A DNA stretch of 64,000 nucleotides, taken from Comamonadaceae bacterium. GTDB taxonomy: Bacteria > Pseudomonadota > Gammaproteobacteria > Burkholderiales > Burkholderiaceae_C. The notes under the pieces were generated by a model. The model was not told where the DNA came from. It did no database searches and saw nothing but the letters and a program-made list of their open reading frames with translations. Location of the stretch: NCBI GenBank assembly GCA_027486255.1, contig JAIXPL010000029.1, positions 4,367 to 68,366 on the forward strand, in the 5' to 3' direction. Positions 59,524 to 64,000 of the stretch are shown piece after piece; position 1 is the stretch's first letter, and the number at the start of each line of letters is the position of its first letter. The translations under genes and the position numbers were made by a program.

Positions 59524-60309
59524 ATGGAGATGGGCGTTCGTGCGGCCGGGTTCCGGATGACCCTGGCACTTGCGCTGTGGGTCCTGAGCGGGGCGGCATC
59601 AGCTCAAAGTCTGGCAGAGCAGAAGCGGCTGCAGGATCGGGTCATCAGCGAAATGAAGCAAGAAGCTGCCGACATCGCAGCGCAGGGCCAACGCTTTGTC
59701 TGCGCAACGGCTGGAGGGTTCATGGTCTACAAGGAGCGCATATTCAGGCTCTCCCGCTTCGACCTAACGGACACCGGAACGCGCACGGCCGACGCCCTCT
59801 ACGATGCACTGGCCGCCAATCGCAGTCAGCCCCTGAGGCGCACGAACCAGATCCTGGCTTTTTCCTTTGACAACCGTTATCACGAACTGGACCTGTCCGA
59901 GAAAAAAGTCTTTGTCCGCAACCACAGCGGGAAGATTGATGCGCATGACTGCGAGCTCATGCCGCCGCTTCGCCCAGCCAACTTGCCTGTGAGCGTGGAG
60001 CAATTGCTGATGCCCTCGCTTGAGGCCCTCAACGTCGTGCCAGCGTCGAGCCTGAGGATCAAACACTGTCCCAAGCCTGTCTACCCTGCCCTCTCCAGGC
60101 GATTGGGTGAGCAGGGCCGGACAGTGGTCGAGTTGCGCGTGAACCGGGACGGCCAGGTCTTAAGCGCCCGGTTGGTCGAGAGTTCAGGTTCAAGCCGCTT
60201 GGACCAGGCCGCCCTGACCGCCGCCAGGGCCTGCACCCTGGAGCCCATGGAGCTCCGGGGTCAGGAATGGTCTACGCACATGCCCTTCGTCTGGCAGCTG
60301 TCCGACTGA
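59524..60309 (+). CDS. Exported protein with a C-terminal TonB domain
   Basis: Signal peptide; PVYP..SRRLGEQG...V..DG.V....L..SSG..RLD.AAL. Confidence 0.8.
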   Translation: MEMGVRAAGFRMTLALALWVLSGAASAQSLAEQKRLQDRVISEMKQEAADIAAQGQRFVCATAGGFMVYKERIFRLSRFDLTDTGTRTADALYDALAANRSQPLRRTNQILAFSFDNRYHELDLSEKKVFVRNHSGKIDAHDCELMPPLRPANLPVSVEQLLMPSLEALNVVPASSLRIKHCPKPVYPALSRRLGEQGRTVVELRVNRDGQVLSARLVESSGSSRLDQAALTAARACTLEPMELRGQEWSTHMPFVWQLSD

Positions 60310-60360
60310 AGTCATTGAGTGACGCCCCGCGCTGAGCGCGGACCGATCTTGTGCCAACCA

Positions 60361-60594
60361 TCAGTGGAAGTTGCCCATGAAGCAGTGCCGTAGCTCATGG
60401 CCCAGTTGGTGCATGCTGGTGTACAAATTCACCTTTTTCTGCCTTTTCACGCCCGGCTTGACCTTGAAGGCCGAATCGGCGTATCGCCAGTTCTACGCGA
60501 AAGCCTGGCCGCCCATGAGAACGGCCAGCACCAGGAGATGCTTGGCGACCTGAGACAGGGCAAGTCGGCCCCAAGCGACGGATCGGCTGAGCAT
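60361..60594 (-). pseudogene. Disrupted small secreted HExxH protein
   Basis: Hand translation: MLSRSVAWGRLALSQVAKHLLVLAVLMGGQAFA*NWRYADSAFKVKPGVKRQKKVNLYTSMHQLGHELRHCFMGNFH*; TAG at 60493-60495. Confidence 0.65.
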
Positions 60595-60640
60595 TCTTCT
60601 AAGGAATGGGCGGGGCTTGGGCACCAGGCAATCCGGCGGA

Positions 60641-60664
60641 TTCATAATTTAATAATTATTAATT
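60641..60664. promoter_or_regulatory. AT-rich palindromic operator, Fur-family-like
   Basis: Perfect TTAATAATTATTAA at 60649-60662, within CATAATTTAATAATTATTAATTG. Confidence 0.5.
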
Positions 60665-60681
60665 GTCCTTTTTAATCAAAC

Positions 60682-62778
60682 ATGAACACGACCAAGCCTC
60701 AGCGCCTTATGTGGATCCTGGCTGCACTCGTCATGGGTCAACCTGCCGCTTCATGGGCTGGCCTGTCTGTACAGCGTGGCAGTGAGCCACGCTCGGTACA
60801 GGTGGTTTCCAGCAACCCCGGTGACAACGCTTGTGGTCTGGAACTGAAGTTCGGCGACGGACGAACCGAGCGCCGGCGCATGGAGAGCAAGGAAAACTGG
60901 CAAGTCCAGCACGCCTATTCAGCTGAGGGGGATTTCGTCATCACCCTGGCGGGGGTTCCCCTCACGCGCGGCTTGCGCTCGATAGGCGCCTGCGAGGTGG
61001 CCGCTCAATCCAACGTGCGGGTCAGTGGCTCGCAGGTGGCGCTGGCGGGTGAAGCCCGTAGCGCTCAGGCCGAGGTCTCGGCAGCGCCCAGTGCTGCGCC
61101 CACCCCGAGTGCTGCGCCCACCCCGAGTGCTGCCCCCTCCTCCCCCGCTGCAGCGCCCCCTGCCGCAGCACGCCCGCAACCTGTGTCTACCGAAGGCGCT
61201 GACCTCATTCTTTTTGCGCGCAACAACTCCGACCGCTTCCGTTTTGTGACCGGCATTGATGGAACCAAGCGCTTGGATTCCGCGGACCGCCTGGTCAGCA
61301 ACGGCTACGGCCTGTGTTTCGTGCTCTTCCCAGATGCCTACAAGGCCCTGGGTGCGAGCGAGGGACAAACCATCCTCAATGCAGAAGTCGCTCGAAGCGT
61401 CAACGCGCTGGTGAACAACAGAGCAGTTCGAAGCAACACGGTCGAATGCATCAGCGCCGGACAATTCCGCTCGCAAGCGCCTTTCGATGTGCTGGTGGTG
61501 CAGCGCCAAGCCGTGCGTCTGCTGGCGAATCTGCCGGAGTTTGCGCAGTTCCAATCGTTTGCCGAAGTGAAGTACGAGGCACTGGCCCAAAACGCCAACC
61601 GTCGCCAACAAGCCGCCGCGCGGCGGGCCCAGGACCTGGCCACGTGGACAGAGGAAATTGATCGCCTGGCCCCTAACGACTCCAACGACAAGGTGGGCTC
61701 CCTCTCCCTGGCGATGGTGAGCGATGAGGGCCGGCCTATTCGTGCCTGCACCTTGGAGTACAACGGGCCGCAGGCCCAGGCGGTGCGCGGCTATGCCGAG
61801 CAGCTGATCAGCTACACCTCGCCCAGCTTCCGCAGCAAGGCGCAGGAACTGCGTGCCACCTACAACGCCAATCAACCCTTTGCGAACGTCTATAAAACCA
61901 TTGATGCGTTCTATACCGCGTATCAACGGGACCAAAGCAGCTGCCACATCCTGATCACCTTTCCGAAGAACCTCAAACTGGTGATGACGGCGATTGAACG
62001 CGACCGCAAGTCCAAGGCCTTCGAGATCAATAACCTCATTGACACCAGCGCGGCCAGGGACACATGGGCCCGCAAGCAGGGCTTTGCCGATCTGGCTGCC
62101 AGTGAGTTCGCCTCTGAAATTCAAGCCAATGCGAACACGCTCAAGACCCTGGCGAACAAGGGCATCCCGGACAAGGCCACCTACGACGCCACCCTGGCCG
62201 AAATGAGGGCCAGCCGCTACAGCGACAGCAGCAGCGTGGCAGAGGTGCTGGCCTACCTCGACGACAAGGCGGCAGCCGCCGACAAGCGGGGCATGACCGC
62301 CACGGCCATTCGCCGCGAGCGCGAGGCCCAGGCTGAGCAACAGGCGCGGGCCGAGCGTGAAAGGCGTGAACAGGAAGAACGGCTGCGCAACATGCCGCTC
62401 ACCCAGGCAGGTCTGGATTCCAGAATTACCTACAAGTACTACCACGACGGCAGCTGCCGCAGCTCGTCTGAAGAGCGCTGCATGAACGTTAACCAGTACA
62501 GGCAGATCTGCGGCTGGGCCAAGGGCCTGACCCGCAACATTCGCCCCATGGCCGCCGTCATGTACAGCGGTAACTATGCCTCGTTCCTGCGAGACGGCGG
62601 CAGTATGGTTGACATCAGCTACCGCTGGTCTGATGCCAGCCAGCAGTGCCGGGTGTCCTTTGCCATCACGGGCCTCTTCAACGGCACGAACCACCGTAAG
62701 GAATTCTCCGGCTACGCCTCCAATTTCATCATCACCAGCAGCAAAGAGGTCCTGATTCACTACGTATCCGGCATGTAA
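60682..62778 (+). CDS. Large secreted hypothetical protein (PKD-like N-domain, Ala/Pro linker, coiled coil, Cys-containing C-domain)
   Basis: Signal peptide; FGDG...H.Y...G.F.I.L PKD-like pattern; 698-aa ORF with GC3 bias. Confidence 0.8.
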   Translation: MNTTKPQRLMWILAALVMGQPAASWAGLSVQRGSEPRSVQVVSSNPGDNACGLELKFGDGRTERRRMESKENWQVQHAYSAEGDFVITLAGVPLTRGLRSIGACEVAAQSNVRVSGSQVALAGEARSAQAEVSAAPSAAPTPSAAPTPSAAPSSPAAAPPAAARPQPVSTEGADLILFARNNSDRFRFVTGIDGTKRLDSADRLVSNGYGLCFVLFPDAYKALGASEGQTILNAEVARSVNALVNNRAVRSNTVECISAGQFRSQAPFDVLVVQRQAVRLLANLPEFAQFQSFAEVKYEALAQNANRRQQAAARRAQDLATWTEEIDRLAPNDSNDKVGSLSLAMVSDEGRPIRACTLEYNGPQAQAVRGYAEQLISYTSPSFRSKAQELRATYNANQPFANVYKTIDAFYTAYQRDQSSCHILITFPKNLKLVMTAIERDRKSKAFEINNLIDTSAARDTWARKQGFADLAASEFASEIQANANTLKTLANKGIPDKATYDATLAEMRASRYSDSSSVAEVLAYLDDKAAAADKRGMTATAIRREREAQAEQQARAERERREQEERLRNMPLTQAGLDSRITYKYYHDGSCRSSSEERCMNVNQYRQICGWAKGLTRNIRPMAAVMYSGNYASFLRDGGSMVDISYRWSDASQQCRVSFAITGLFNGTNHRKEFSGYASNFIITSSKEVLIHYVSGM
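61090..61133 (+). repeat. 18-bp coding tandem repeat (SAAPTP)
   Basis: AGTGCTGCGCCCACCCCG x2 plus a partial third copy. Confidence 0.85.
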
Positions 62779-62964
62779 TGGCGGGCTCGTTCGAGCCACA
62801 TTCAGGATGACACCGGGCGGATAGGCGCCTGCTTGTCCACCTGGAGACAGGCGTGCGCCTAGGTCTTCGGGTTTGTTCTAGTTTTTGAGCGTGAGCCCAT
62901 GGTTACGCTGGTTTGGCTTTGACCAGCCGGTCATGGCACACGATTAAAACTAGGAGACGTTGTC

Positions 62965-64000
62965 ATGAAGGTTCGAATGGATTTCAAGATGCGCTTGCTC
63001 GCCGGTGCAGCAGCAGCGCTCACCCTGTCCACCGCTGCATGGGCACAAACCTTGCCCAAGGCCAGTCCGGAATCGGTGGGCATGTCCACCGAGCGACTGA
63101 ATAAACTCACCACGGTTTTCAAGCAGGAAATCACCGACAAAAAGTTGCCGGGCGCCGTGGTCATGATCGCCCGCAAGGGCAAGCTGGTGTATGCCGAATC
63201 CTTCGGCAGCCTGAACAACCAGGCCGGCGCTCCCATGCAGCAGGACTCGATCTTCCGGCTCTATTCCATGACCAAACCGATCGTGTCGACGGCGCTCATG
63301 ATGCTGGTCGAAGACGGCAAGGTCCAACTGACCGATCCGGTCTCCAAGTTCCTGCCGTCGTTCCGCAGCCCGATGGTGAGCGTGGCCACGCATGATCCGG
63401 TCTTCAACGGCGTCGCCTTCCGCCTGGTGCCCGCCAATCGCGAGGCCACCATCCAGGACCTGCTGCGCCACACCTCGGGCTTGGCCTACGGCGAGCTCAC
63501 GCGCAACACCCTGGTGCGTGACGCCTACATCAAGGCCGGCGTCTACAGCCCCGAAATCGACTTTGATGCACGTGTGCGCTCCGGCGCTGAGATGGCCGAT
63601 GCCCTGGGCAAGGCACCTCTGGCACAGCAACCCGGCATCTACTGGGAATACAGCCTGTCGGTCGACGTGCAAGGCCGCGTCGTCGAAGCAGTGAGCGGCA
63701 AGCGCCTCAATGACTTCCTGCAAGAGCGTATCTTCCGTCCGCTCAAGATGACCGACACGGCCTTCCACGTGCCCTCAGAAAAAGCCAGCCGCCTGGCCGA
63801 ACCCTTCGCCCGTGACCCGGCCACCGGTGTGGCCAACAAGCTGATCGATGTGAGCAAGGTGCCCGGCAACGACTCGGGTGGCGCCGGTGCCGTCGGCACG
63901 GCGGGCGACTACCTGCGCTACTGCCAGGCCATGCTCAACGGCGGCAGCCTGGACGGTGCGCGCATCCTGTCGCCCACCACGGTGCGCCTGATGGCCTCGG
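62965..64000 (+). CDS. Serine hydrolase, beta-lactamase class C/EstB family (runs off the window)
   Basis: AGGAG RBS and ATG 62965; signal peptide; IFRLYSMTK (SxxK), LLRHTSG, WEYS. Absent from the ORF track because there is no stop codon in the window. Confidence 0.9.
   Translation, partial: MKVRMDFKMRLLAGAAAALTLSTAAWAQTLPKASPESVGMSTERLNKLTTVFKQEITDKKLPGAVVMIARKGKLVYAESFGSLNNQAGAPMQQDSIFRLYSMTKPIVSTALMMLVEDGKVQLTDPVSKFLPSFRSPMVSVATHDPVFNGVAFRLVPANREATIQDLLRHTSGLAYGELTRNTLVRDAYIKAGVYSPEIDFDARVRSGAEMADALGKAPLAQQPGIYWEYSLSVDVQGRVVEAVSGKRLNDFLQERIFRPLKMTDTAFHVPSEKASRLAEPFARDPATGVANKLIDVSKVPGNDSGGAGAVGTAGDYLRYCQAMLNGGSLDGARILSPTTVRLMAS

Noticed and set aside
60493-60495. Amber read-through (pyrrolysine) of the HExxH ORF
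   Set aside because: No pyl genes are seen and they are not expected in this lineage; a nonsense mutation is simpler.
1-64000. CRISPR arrays, rRNA, tRNA, transposases, prophage
   Set aside because: None recognised by eye; tRNAscan, Infernal and ISEScan were not run.

Overview
GC-rich betaproteobacterial chromosome, probably Comamonadaceae judging by gene content and order. It contains a 28-bp dif-like XerCD site at 32877-32904, so it probably spans the replication terminus. Left half: purL end, Bug/TTT binding protein, ppi-bolA-ispZ-msrB-selO, a large fatty-acid/acyl-CoA catabolic block, tex, ygfZ, and mltG-tmk-holB-tatD-ankyrin. Right half: a low-oxygen/general-stress cluster (Pat, DksA/TraR, Hsp20, 2 USPs, glk, katE-like) with FNR-type boxes, ldcA-tadA-paiB, a cyanophycin locus (ABC, DUF1854, two cphA), a TTT/ThDP/FAH/VOC catabolic cluster, orphan secreted proteins and a partial serine hydrolase. 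The best candidate for an undescribed system is the three-gene cyclic-nucleotide module at 8428-11890: a protein with eukaryote-type class I phosphodiesterase motifs plus two paralogous tandem-cNMP-binding proteins that lack a DNA-binding domain. Other notable points are a katE-type catalase with the distal His replaced by Asn, complementary active-site loss between the two CphA copies, TadA fused to a catalytically dead dehalogenase-like domain, and an unannotated HExxH pseudogene. No rRNA, tRNA, CRISPR or transposase was recognised. All calls are from motif recognition by eye; no searches were run.
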